Shown: one piece after another, positions 20,246-29,275 of the stretch
Layout: every line of letters starts with the position of its first letter
Numbering within the stretch: the first letter of the stretch is position 1
Source of the DNA: an uncultured Bacilli bacterium
GTDB lineage: Bacteria > Bacillota_I > Bacilli_A > RF39 > UBA660
Length of the DNA stretch: 52,104 nt
NCBI GenBank assembly: GCA_947628275.1
Contig: CANQZD010000044.1
Coordinates: 1-52,104, forward strand
Direction: 5' to 3'
Made by a program: the position numbers and the translations under genes
The notes under the pieces: model-generated
Seen by the model: only the letters and a program-made list of their open reading frames with translations
The model's database searches: none
Told to the model about the DNA's origin: nothing

Positions 20246-21583
20246 ATGAAAAAAATACTTATTTTAATTATAGGAATTTTATTTTTACCATTTAATATTT
20301 ATGCTGAAGAGTTAAAAATTCATGTTATTGAATGTAATGTTCAAGGTGATTCAACACTTTTAGAAACTAATGGTCAATACTTATTAATGGATACATGTGT
20401 AAAAAGTCAAAATAGTCAAGTTTTGAATTATTTAGAAAATCAAGGTATTACTAATTTTGATATTTATTTATCTCATTTTCACGGTGATCATTATGGGTTA
20501 ATAATGGATATATTAAATAATAGTAAATATACTATTAGTAATATTTATTTACCAGAATATAATCAAGATGAAAGCTTAATTAGTCAAATTACTGCCGTAG
20601 CTAGCGAAAAAAATATTAATGTTATTTATTTAAAAACTGGTAGTGAATTTAATTTTGATAAAGCAAAAATTAGTATTGTTGGTCCTTTACCAGGAACAGA
20701 AAACTTAGAAAATAAAATAAATAATAATTCTTTAGTAGCCAAAATTAAAATAGATAATACAACATTTTTATCAGCTGGAGATATTGAAAAAGAACAAGAA
20801 GCTTTATTACTAGAAAATAATGTTGATGTTAAAGCTGATATTATGAAACTTTCTCATCACGGCGGTTATACAAGTAATACTGAAGATTTTATTGCCGCAG
20901 TTAATCCTAGTTATGCTTTTTATCATTACTATGTTGAAGCTGAAAAAACAAATTTTGCTAGTGATTCTTGGACTAAAGAAACTATTGCAAAGGTCAATGA
21001 AAAAACTAATGTTTTAAGTACTGGATATAATGGCAATATTATTTATGATATTAAAGATGATGAAATAACTATCACACCAACTAGAAACTATTTAACAGCA
21101 ACTATTAACTATATTGATTATGATAATGATCAAACTTTTAAAGTAGCTAAAATTCCTTTTGTAAAAAACACTAAATTTTATTATCAAACTAATGATTTAT
21201 TAAATTATAAATTTTTTGGAGATGATAATTTATCAGGAAAAGTTTTAAACGATAATCAAGAGATAAATTTATATTATACTAATTTAAATACTTTAGTTGA
21301 AGATACTCCATCTTTACTAGTAAATGCTTCAGATAACAGTGAAAATGATGAGGAAGAAGAACCTAGTGATGATAGTATAAAAATTTGTACAGAAGTTGAT
21401 GGTTTATATTATGGCCTTGATGGTAGTATTACCAATAAAGAAGATTATTATAATGATTGTGGAACTGTTGATAATCCAACAACCGGTAAAATAGTATCAT
21501 GGCAAACGTTAGCTTGGTTATTAATAATTGGTTTTGGTTTTTATATATTATTTAAAAAACATAGTAAATTACAACAAATTTAA
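20246..21583 (+). CDS. Exported ComEC-type metallo-beta-lactamase-fold protein with C-terminal NPxTG-like sorting signal
   Basis: Signal peptide, HFHGDH (HxHxDH), FLSAGDIEKEQE and KLSHHGGYTSN as in the ComEC/Rec2 MBL domain. A MucBP-like middle region and an acidic linker follow. The protein ends with NPTTG, a hydrophobic stretch and KKHSK. Confidence 0.65.
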   Translation: MKKILILIIGILFLPFNIYAEELKIHVIECNVQGDSTLLETNGQYLLMDTCVKSQNSQVLNYLENQGITNFDIYLSHFHGDHYGLIMDILNNSKYTISNIYLPEYNQDESLISQITAVASEKNINVIYLKTGSEFNFDKAKISIVGPLPGTENLENKINNNSLVAKIKIDNTTFLSAGDIEKEQEALLLENNVDVKADIMKLSHHGGYTSNTEDFIAAVNPSYAFYHYYVEAEKTNFASDSWTKETIAKVNEKTNVLSTGYNGNIIYDIKDDEITITPTRNYLTATINYIDYDNDQTFKVAKIPFVKNTKFYYQTNDLLNYKFFGDDNLSGKVLNDNQEINLYYTNLNTLVEDTPSLLVNASDNSENDEEEEPSDDSIKICTEVDGLYYGLDGSITNKEDYYNDCGTVDNPTTGKIVSWQTLAWLLIIGFGFYILFKKHSKLQQI

Positions 21584-21610
21584 AAGAGGTCTAGCCTCTT
21601 TATTTTTTTA
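21583..21610. terminator. Bidirectional intrinsic terminator between convergent genes
   Basis: AAAGAGG-tctag-CCTCTTT hairpin followed by aTTTTTTT on the plus strand. It overlaps the stop of the minus-strand gene. Confidence 0.65.
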
Positions 21611-22349
21611 AACTTAAATTATCATTAAAAGCTAAAGAATTATCTAAATTATTAATATATTCAGTTAAATCTTTTACTTCACCTAATTCGTATTCATCTT
21701 TAACTAATGATGATGGTATAACATCAGCAATATCTTCAAAAACACCAAATTCAATGATGGAACTAGCATCAGTTAAATATGGTTCATCTTTAGATAAAGT
21801 AACCGTGTTAGTCCATACTTCACCAGTAACTAAATCTTCATAAGTTTTTTCTTCAAAAGCATATTTACTACCATTATCAGCTTCAGTTATAGTATGATGA
21901 ACTTTTACTTTAACTTTAAATCTTTTGGTTTCATCATCTTTTTTTACTTCATTACCTTCTTCATCTAAATAATAAATTTTAGGTAAACCAGGTACTAGTT
22001 TATTTACAAAAACATACTTTCTTTCTTCACTAGGGTCTTCATTAGGAAGAAAAGTGACAATTTGTAAAGTATCATGATTATAGTCAATTAAATTATCAGT
22101 ATAACCTTTAACACTATTTTTAATTTCTTCGGCACCATCTTTAGCTATTTCATAAGTATCTTCATTAAAAAAATTATCAATTTTTTCATTTATAGCGTCA
22201 TCAATTTCAACAAATGGTTTAAAAAAACTATCAAGTTTATTTTCAATATCTTCACCACGACTGGCATGAACAGGTGATGATAATAATAATGATGAACTAA
22301 TTGCTAATAAAAGAGCTTTTTTATTTTTTAATAATTCTTGTTTTTTCAT
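21600..22349 (-). CDS. Secreted acidic hypothetical protein
   Basis: Signal peptide ending PVHA-S. The mature part is D/E-rich. No family recognised. Confidence 0.45.
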   Translation of the reverse strand: MKKQELLKNKKALLLAISSSLLLSSPVHASRGEDIENKLDSFFKPFVEIDDAINEKIDNFFNEDTYEIAKDGAEEIKNSVKGYTDNLIDYNHDTLQIVTFLPNEDPSEERKYVFVNKLVPGLPKIYYLDEEGNEVKKDDETKRFKVKVKVHHTITEADNGSKYAFEEKTYEDLVTGEVWTNTVTLSKDEPYLTDASSIIEFGVFEDIADVIPSSLVKDEYELGEVKDLTEYINNLDNSLAFNDNLSLKK

Positions 22350-22386
22350 AATTATCCCCTTTCAATGGTTTTGTATTATACTACAA

Positions 22387-24546
22387 TTAGTAAGATAAGT
22401 CAATATCGAGCTCTATTTTAGGCATGATAGTATAGATATTGTCTAATTCTGTTAAAGTCGGGATTAATTGATTATCAAGACGATATTTAATTAATATTTC
22501 ATAACAATAAGTTTTATTTACTAAAAAAGGATTAGCATAAGAAGGACCTAAAACAATACTTTCTTTTGATAGATTTTTTTCTAAATAGCTTTTCATTTTT
22601 CCAGCTTCTTTAGTAACTAAATTAATATCCTGACTTTTAAGTTTTAATTGGGCTAAATAATAAAATGGTGGATATTTTAAAGTTTTTCTAATTTTCATTT
22701 CATAATTAAAATAAGCTCGATAATTATGATTAACAACACACTTTAAAATAGGATGCATAATATTAAAACTTTGAATGATAACTTCCCCTTTAATATTGGC
22801 TCTTCCTGCTCTGCCACTGGCTTGCGTTAAAAGAGCAAAACTTCTTTCATTGCTTTTATATTCAGGAATATTTAGAGAATTATCAGCATTAATGATACCA
22901 ACTAAACTAACTTTTGGAAAATCAAGTCCTTTACTAACCATTTGAGTTCCTAATAAAATATCATATTTTCCTTCATGAAATTCATTAATAATTCTTTCAT
23001 ATTCTCCTTTATTATTTGTACTATCTTTATCCATTCTAATTATTTTAGCAGTTGGGAATACTTCATTTAGATATTCTTCTAATTTTTCAGTTCCAAGACC
23101 GTAATAATTTAAAGACTTTTCATGACAATTTGGACAGTTATCATCAAGATATTTAGTATAACCACAGTAATGACATCGTAAATGTTTATTAGTTTTATGA
23201 TAAGTTAAAGTAATATCACAAAATGGACAGCGATAAGTAAAGCCACAATTTGCACAGGTTATAATTGTTGAATGCCCCCGGCGATTTAATAACAAAACAA
23301 TTTGTTCTTGATTATTAAGACGTTCAATTATTTTATATTCTAATTCTCTACTTAAAATAAAATGTTTATTTTTAGCTTCTTCGCTCATATCAACAAGAGT
23401 TATTAAAGGCAAGGTTCCCCCACTAGCTCGTTTATCCATTAAAACATATTCATAACGTTTTTTTAAAGCTCTAGCCATAGAATCAAGGCATGGAGTTGCA
23501 CTACCTAAAATAACGGGACATTGATGATACTCACTTCTTTTTATTGCTATTTTTCGAGCATGATATTTAGGCTTATTTTCTTGTTTATAAGAATCGGAGT
23601 GTTCTTCATCTAAAATAATAATTCCGATATTATTTAAAGGTGCAAAAACAGCACTTCGCGCGCCAATAACAATTTTACATAAACCATTTGTTATCTTACG
23701 CCATTCATCAAAACGTTCCCCATCAGATAAATGACTATGCAAAACGGCAATTTGATTTTTAAATCTTTGATTAAAACGAGCAATTAATTGAGGAGTTAAA
23801 CTAATTTCAGGAACTAATACTAGGGCAGTTTTATTTTGAGCAATAACTTGAGATATTAAATTCATATAGACTTCAGTTTTGCCACTGCCAGTTATACCAT
23901 GAAGTAAAATAGTTTTAGAAGTATTAAAATAGCTACTAATTTTTTTGATTGCTTGTTTTTGAGTGGGATTTAAGTTTTTGGGACTATCTAGTTTTGAAGT
24001 TTGCAATTGATAACGATAGGCTTCTTTTTTTATTTCTTTAATATTACCATTTTTTATTAAAGTTTTGGTCGAACTTTCACTAATTAAATAAGCATCTTTT
24101 TTTAATATTTCTTGTTGTTTTTTAAACAGGTCAATAATTAATTGTTGTTTAGAATTGAAGTTACCATTTGAATTTACTAAAGTTAAATAACTTATATATT
24201 TTTTGTTTATAGTTACTCCTTCTTTAGCTTTAAGAGCTTTAGGAAGCATGGTAGAAATACAACTACTTAAACTACATAAGGTTTCTGATTTTAGAAAATA
24301 ACCTAAATTAATTAATTCTTCAGTTAAAACGGGTTCATCATTTTTAACACTAATAATTTCTTTAGCTTCAAACTCTGGGGTTTCTTCATGAATCTTTAAA
24401 ACATAGCCTTCTACTTTTCTTGTAGCAAATGGAACAACGACTAAAACGCCAACTTGAATTTTAGTTTGCATGGAAGTTGGAATTTTATAAGTAAAAGTTT
24501 TATCAACTTGTTTAGCTTTTATTTCTACTAAGACGTCTGCGTACAT
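22387..24546 (-). CDS. priA: Primosomal protein N' (replication restart helicase PriA)
   Basis: Walker A GITGSGKT, DEEH box (ILDEEH), and a Cys-rich Zn module CANCG...CPFCD...CHYCG...CPNC. ATG 24546 (MYADVLV) follows AGTGA by 5 nt. The track start is 24555. Confidence 0.92.
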   Translation of the reverse strand: MYADVLVEIKAKQVDKTFTYKIPTSMQTKIQVGVLVVVPFATRKVEGYVLKIHEETPEFEAKEIISVKNDEPVLTEELINLGYFLKSETLCSLSSCISTMLPKALKAKEGVTINKKYISYLTLVNSNGNFNSKQQLIIDLFKKQQEILKKDAYLISESSTKTLIKNGNIKEIKKEAYRYQLQTSKLDSPKNLNPTQKQAIKKISSYFNTSKTILLHGITGSGKTEVYMNLISQVIAQNKTALVLVPEISLTPQLIARFNQRFKNQIAVLHSHLSDGERFDEWRKITNGLCKIVIGARSAVFAPLNNIGIIILDEEHSDSYKQENKPKYHARKIAIKRSEYHQCPVILGSATPCLDSMARALKKRYEYVLMDKRASGGTLPLITLVDMSEEAKNKHFILSRELEYKIIERLNNQEQIVLLLNRRGHSTIITCANCGFTYRCPFCDITLTYHKTNKHLRCHYCGYTKYLDDNCPNCHEKSLNYYGLGTEKLEEYLNEVFPTAKIIRMDKDSTNNKGEYERIINEFHEGKYDILLGTQMVSKGLDFPKVSLVGIINADNSLNIPEYKSNERSFALLTQASGRAGRANIKGEVIIQSFNIMHPILKCVVNHNYRAYFNYEMKIRKTLKYPPFYYLAQLKLKSQDINLVTKEAGKMKSYLEKNLSKESIVLGPSYANPFLVNKTYCYEILIKYRLDNQLIPTLTELDNIYTIMPKIELDIDLSY

Positions 24547-24601
24547 ATTCATCACTAATAATATCTTAACACGAATTTTAGAAAAATAAAATAATTGTCA
24601 T

Positions 24602-25066
24602 TTAAACAATTATTTTATAGGCAGCAATTAAATCCGCAAGTTTCATTTTAGCATTGGCACTTGATGTTGATGGTAAAGCAATATTTTTAATTTTAGTCTT
24701 TGGATATAAATATTTTTGATATAAACTATTTGCTTTACTTCCCGTAGTAATTATTTTAGTAATCTTAGTTTTGGTTAAGATTTCATTTAAATCATTTACT
24801 TTAACATTTTTAATAGTACTATCAGCTGAATGTTTTATTTCACATTCTTTAATAACATCCCATAAGGCTAGATGATGTTTTTTTAAAAAAGCTTTTTTAT
24901 CAAGTATTTTTTCATCATAAACGCCTTCTAAAACTTGCCAAAAACGATTAGAAGGATGCATATAATAAAACCCTATTTCTCGTGATTTAATACTTGGAAT
25001 TGAACCAAGAATTAAGACTTTGGAATCTTTATCATATAAGGGTTCTAATTCATGGGTGACTTTCAT
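24602..25066 (-). CDS. Uracil-DNA glycosylase superfamily protein, family-6-like (DNA-deoxyinosine/hypoxanthine glycosylase)
   Basis: 154 aa. VLILGSIPSIKSREIGFYYMHPSNRFWQVL matches the short HDG-type UDG family. ATGA overlap with the SPFH gene. Confidence 0.65.
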   Translation of the reverse strand: MKVTHELEPLYDKDSKVLILGSIPSIKSREIGFYYMHPSNRFWQVLEGVYDEKILDKKAFLKKHHLALWDVIKECEIKHSADSTIKNVKVNDLNEILTKTKITKIITTGSKANSLYQKYLYPKTKIKNIALPSTSSANAKMKLADLIAAYKIIV

Positions 25067-25950
25067 TTATCTTTCTTCATTGTTTCGGATAAAACTGTGC
25101 CAAAAGAAGCTATACTACTAAGTTCAGCAGGAATAATTATTTTAGTAGCATCCCCTTGAGATAGTCTACTTAAGGTTTCATAGCTTTTCAATTTCAAAAC
25201 GGCATCATCAGCTTTGGCTTCTTTAAGCATTTTTATACCATCAGCTTCAGCTTGTTTCATTTTAAGTAAAGCTTCAGCTTCACCTTCAGCTCTTTTTATT
25301 CGAGCTTCCTTGTCAGCTTCGGCACGTAAGATGGCACTTTCTTTTTCCCCTTCAGCAATTAAAATACTACTTTTCTTTTCACCTTCAGCTTGTAAGATTT
25401 TCTCTCTTCTTTCTCGTTCAGCTCGCATTTGTTTTTCCATAGCTTCTTGAATATCTTTAGGTGGTAAAATATTTTTGACTTCAACTCTGGTTACTTTAAT
25501 TCCCCATGGGTCAGTTGCTTCATCTAAGATACTACGCATTTTAGTATTAATAACGTCACGACTAGTTAAAGTTTCATCTAGTTCTAATTCACCAATTATA
25601 TTTCTTAAAGTTGTTGCAGTTAAATTTTCAATAGCACTTATTGGTTGCTCTACTCCATAAGTATATAGTTTAGGATCAGTTATTTGAAAATAAACAACAG
25701 TATCAATCTGCATTGTAACATTATCTTTAGTTATAACTGGTTGAGGGTCAAAATCTTTTACTATTTCTTTTAAAGTAACAATATTGCTGATTCGGTCAAT
25801 AAATGGAATTTTAAATTGTAACCCATTTTTCCATGTTTTATAGTATGAACCCAAACGTTCAATAACATAGGCTTTAGATTGGGGAACAATCTTTACACAA
25901 GGGATTACAATAATACAAATTAATATTAATAAAGCAATTAAAATACTCAT
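25063..25950 (-). CDS. SPFH/band-7 (stomatin-like) membrane protein
   Basis: N-terminal TM segment, an SPFH core (VIERLGSYYKTWKNGLQFKIPFIDR...) and an A/E/K-rich coiled-coil tail. Confidence 0.85.
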   Translation of the reverse strand: MSILIALLILICIIVIPCVKIVPQSKAYVIERLGSYYKTWKNGLQFKIPFIDRISNIVTLKEIVKDFDPQPVITKDNVTMQIDTVVYFQITDPKLYTYGVEQPISAIENLTATTLRNIIGELELDETLTSRDVINTKMRSILDEATDPWGIKVTRVEVKNILPPKDIQEAMEKQMRAERERREKILQAEGEKKSSILIAEGEKESAILRAEADKEARIKRAEGEAEALLKMKQAEADGIKMLKEAKADDAVLKLKSYETLSRLSQGDATKIIIPAELSSIASFGTVLSETMKKDK

Positions 25951-25967
25951 AAAAACACTTCCTTTTC

Positions 25968-26408
25968 TTATTTTTTCTTCTTATTTTTTGGAATCTTAGA
26001 TACCAATAATTTAACTCCATTAATTTCTTCAACTTTAATTTCTGAATTGACAGTTATTCTTTTATCGGAAACTGCTGACCATAATTTACCATCAACTTTA
26101 ACTTCACCAATAACATTTTTTTTAATTTCTTTAGTGACAATTCCCGTCATGCCAATAATGCGTTCTAAGTTAACACTTTCATCTTTAGCTTTTTTAAATT
26201 CTTCAAGAAATGGTTTAGTTAAAAGCATTAATAAAATACCCCCTAAAACAAACACCGCAAATTGGCTAACTAAATCGCTGATAAAGAAAGAAACAAACAT
26301 AGCAAGAACACCACTGATTACAAACCAAATAGTTACTAAATTAACAGTCATTGCTTCAACTATCGTAAGTAAAACAACAATTACTAACCATACAGCCCAA
26401 AAACTCAA
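25968..26408 (-). CDS. NfeD family membrane protein
   Basis: Three or four TM segments followed by a C-terminal OB-like domain (GEVKVDGKLWSAVS). This is the classical partner placed upstream of an SPFH gene. TTG start with AAGGTG upstream. Confidence 0.8.
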   Translation of the reverse strand: MSFWAVWLVIVVLLTIVEAMTVNLVTIWFVISGVLAMFVSFFISDLVSQFAVFVLGGILLMLLTKPFLEEFKKAKDESVNLERIIGMTGIVTKEIKKNVIGEVKVDGKLWSAVSDKRITVNSEIKVEEINGVKLLVSKIPKNKKKK

Positions 26409-26470
26409 AGACCAACACCTTCTTTCTGATTAATTTATTATATTGTAGCAAATTTTTATATAAATGTCTT

Positions 26471-27298
26471 TTAATTTTCATCATAATTATCTAAAAAATT
26501 AGTATAGTTACCATCTTTTTTAAAACCTAAGACACAGTTTAAATTAATATTATCTAAAGCTTTAAAAATATTATAATCAATATCAGGATTTATTTTTCTT
26601 AAATTATTAATTAATTTTTTCATTTCTAATCTTTTGCTATTGCTTTCATCTATTGCTGATTTTTCAGTAAAACGACAAGCACAATTTAAAAATTTTAAAT
26701 CATTATATTTTGCCCAGCTAATAATTGATGCTTCTTTAACTAAGTATAGAGGTCTAATAAGTTCTAAGCCAGCAAAATTATCACTATGTAATTTAGGCAT
26801 CATTGTTTTAACCTCAGAACCATAAAACATGGATAGTAAGGTTGTTTCAATGACATCATCAAAGTGATGACCTAGAGCAATTTTATTACAGCCTAATTCT
26901 TGAGCTTTATTATATAAATGACCTCTTCGCATTCTAGCACACAGATAACATGGGCTTTTGGAAGGAACATGATAGGCAACATCAAAGATATCGGTATTAA
27001 AAATTTCAATAGGAACATTTAAAATTTGAGCATTAGTTTTAATTAATTTTAAATTTTCTTCATTATAACCTGGATTCATAACAACAAATGAAACTTCAAA
27101 ATTGATTTTTCCATGTTTTTTTAATTCCTGAAGACACTTGGCCATTAAGAATGAATCTTTTCCACCACTTATACAAACCATAATATGATCATTATCTTTA
27201 ATTAATTCATAATCCTTAATAGCTTTAATAACTTTAGTCCAAATATCTTTACGATATTTTTTAATTATACTTCTTTCTATTTCTTGATACTTTTCCAT
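26471..27298 (-). CDS. ttcA: TtcA-family PP-loop ATPase (tRNA 2-thiocytidine synthase-like)
   Basis: MVCISGGKDSF PP-loop, PCYLCARMRRGHLY, KIALGHHFDD, and a later CAC cysteine pair. Closely parallels E. coli TtcA block by block. ATG 27298 follows AGGTGA by 5 nt. Confidence 0.8.
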   Translation of the reverse strand: MEKYQEIERSIIKKYRKDIWTKVIKAIKDYELIKDNDHIMVCISGGKDSFLMAKCLQELKKHGKINFEVSFVVMNPGYNEENLKLIKTNAQILNVPIEIFNTDIFDVAYHVPSKSPCYLCARMRRGHLYNKAQELGCNKIALGHHFDDVIETTLLSMFYGSEVKTMMPKLHSDNFAGLELIRPLYLVKEASIISWAKYNDLKFLNCACRFTEKSAIDESNSKRLEMKKLINNLRKINPDIDYNIFKALDNINLNCVLGFKKDGNYTNFLDNYDEN

Positions 27299-27307
27299 AA
27301 ACATCAC

Positions 27308-28024
27308 CTAAAATTCTAAATTAATATTGGCTTTATTAGCTTGGCTTAATTGTTTACTTCTAGCTATCTTATATCTTTTATTATCTTTAATAAAATTAGC
27401 ACCGGTTTGTTTAAAATAAAATGATACTTTACTATTTAAACAATCTTCTTTAACTTTTAAAATCCATTCATAATTACACTCTCTAGCATTTTCTCCTGAT
27501 TCGCCTCCACAAGTAACTTTTTCGATTAAGCCAGTTTGCAAAAACTTTTTGATATCAATGCTACTTAACATTGGTTCCATAATTACTTCTCGATGTTTGA
27601 TTGGCAAATTTAGTAATATTGGTAATCTTTCTTTTGCCATCGCTTCGTTTTCTACAGTTGCACAGATAACAACATTATCATAACCATCTTGCCAATCACT
27701 TGGTAGACTCTTTCTTATTCTTTCAACTCTTTTAGTGATGATATAAAAAGTTACATCGCTTCGTTTTTTTATCATTTGCCATATTTCATCACGCCATAAG
27801 TCAGCTTCAGAAATAAAAAAGTCCGAAGTCATACAAGTATAAACGACTTCATTACTAGAAATTTTATACTCGCCTTTTCGATTTTTTCTAATAGCTAAAT
27901 CAAAATCATTAGTTTTACTAACAATATTACTATCTTTATCATATAAACTATCTCTTCGAAACATATAGCAATTTAGACAACCAGCACTTTTTTTATGACA
28001 ACCATGCCAAGGATTCCAAATCAT
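27308..28024 (-). CDS. DUF5131 / phage Gp37-Gp68 family protein
   Basis: Hallmark N-terminus MIWNPWHGCHKKSAGCLNCYM (WNPW-GC...GC..CY). ATG 28024 forms an ATGA overlap with the nth stop. The stop abuts the ttcA ribosome-binding site. Confidence 0.7.
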   Translation of the reverse strand: MIWNPWHGCHKKSAGCLNCYMFRRDSLYDKDSNIVSKTNDFDLAIRKNRKGEYKISSNEVVYTCMTSDFFISEADLWRDEIWQMIKKRSDVTFYIITKRVERIRKSLPSDWQDGYDNVVICATVENEAMAKERLPILLNLPIKHREVIMEPMLSSIDIKKFLQTGLIEKVTCGGESGENARECNYEWILKVKEDCLNSKVSFYFKQTGANFIKDNKRYKIARSKQLSQANKANINLEF

Positions 28025-28653
28025 TTTAATAAACCTCGATAATATCGACAATGTTCTTGTAATTTACATTCAGCACATAATGGTTTTTTAGCCATACATT
28101 TATAACGGCCAAATAAAACCATTTGATGATGAAACTTACTCCAACGTTCTTTAGGAATTTTTTTCATCAATTTTTTTTCAATTGTTAAAACATCATCTTG
28201 TAAAGATGAAAGACCAAGTCTAGTACTAACTCTTTTAACATGGGTATCAACAGCAATAGCTGGAACATCATATAAATTAGCTAAGACAACATTGCAGGTT
28301 TTACGTCCAACACCTGGTAGGCTTTCTAAATATTTTCGATTATTAGGAACTATTCCTTGATAATCTTTAACTAATCTTTGAGCAATTGTAATTAAATACT
28401 CGGCTTTTTTGGTAAAGCTTCCTACTGGTCTTATAATCTTTTCAATTTCTTGATTAGAAGCTTTACTAAGTGAATAAATATCATATTCGGCCCATAATTT
28501 TTTGGTAACTATATTAACTCTTTTATCTGTACATTGAGCTGATAAAACAGTAGCAATTAATAGTTCATAATCTCTTTGATATTCTAATTCACATTTGGGA
28601 TTGGGATATAACTCATCTAAATAATTTAAAATAGCAATTACTTTATTCTTCAT
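28021..28653 (-). CDS. nth: Endonuclease III
   Basis: HhH-GPD motif LPGVGRKTCNVV, catalytic D in VDTHVKRV, and 4Fe-4S cluster loop CMAKKPLCAECKLQEHC. Confidence 0.92.
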   Translation of the reverse strand: MKNKVIAILNYLDELYPNPKCELEYQRDYELLIATVLSAQCTDKRVNIVTKKLWAEYDIYSLSKASNQEIEKIIRPVGSFTKKAEYLITIAQRLVKDYQGIVPNNRKYLESLPGVGRKTCNVVLANLYDVPAIAVDTHVKRVSTRLGLSSLQDDVLTIEKKLMKKIPKERWSKFHHQMVLFGRYKCMAKKPLCAECKLQEHCRYYRGLLK

Positions 28654-29275
28654 CTAACCAATTATAATCAAACAGTTCTTCTTTATTAGTTTTCATTGTT
28701 CGATTTTCTAATCCTTTCTTAACTTCATTCATATTTTTATATCCCTTTTTATTCCATTCATAAATTATTTTTTCAATATATCTTAAACTACTTACGCCAT
28801 TATAAACAGCTTCTTTTACGGCTCCTAAAATCATTTCTTCACTTGTACCTTTTTCTAACCAAGCATTAATTATTTCATACTCAATAGGACTTATACTGCG
28901 ATTTAATTCTTTTTCTAACACTTCAAAAATATTTTCTTTAGTTTTCTTCTTTTCTTCATCGCTTTTTTGTTCAACTAAAGTTTTATACATTGGTACTAGA
29001 CTAATAATTTCACAATGACGATTAGAATTATCTTTACTTGTTTCCATCTTGATTAAATTTAAATTTAATAGTTTATTAAAAGCCCCTAAAATAGTTTTTT
29101 CATCTAAAGATAATATACTAGTAATTTTATCAACATCAAAAGTTTTATCAGTTGCATCTTCAAAATACATTAATAATAAAAATTCATTTAAAGAAAGATT
29201 TAGAGATATAGCCACTTTAATTAAATGGGTTGAAACAGTAAATCGTTTTTCAGCTAATATCTCTAGTAGTGGCAT
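28643..29275 (-). CDS. dnaD: DnaD-domain replication initiation protein
   Basis: DnaD C-terminal domain ISPIEYEIINAWL...SLRYIEKIIYEWNKKGYKN. It lies immediately upstream of nth, as in B. subtilis. Confidence 0.8.
   Translation of the reverse strand: MPLLEILAEKRFTVSTHLIKVAISLNLSLNEFLLLMYFEDATDKTFDVDKITSILSLDEKTILGAFNKLLNLNLIKMETSKDNSNRHCEIISLVPMYKTLVEQKSDEEKKKTKENIFEVLEKELNRSISPIEYEIINAWLEKGTSEEMILGAVKEAVYNGVSSLRYIEKIIYEWNKKGYKNMNEVKKGLENRTMKTNKEELFDYNWLDEE

Noticed and set aside
25214-25660. Two plus-strand ORFs (78 and 61 aa) rich in A/S/L/F
   Set aside because: They are antisense to the A/E/K-rich coiled-coil tail of the SPFH gene. This is a compositional mirror artefact with no RBS.
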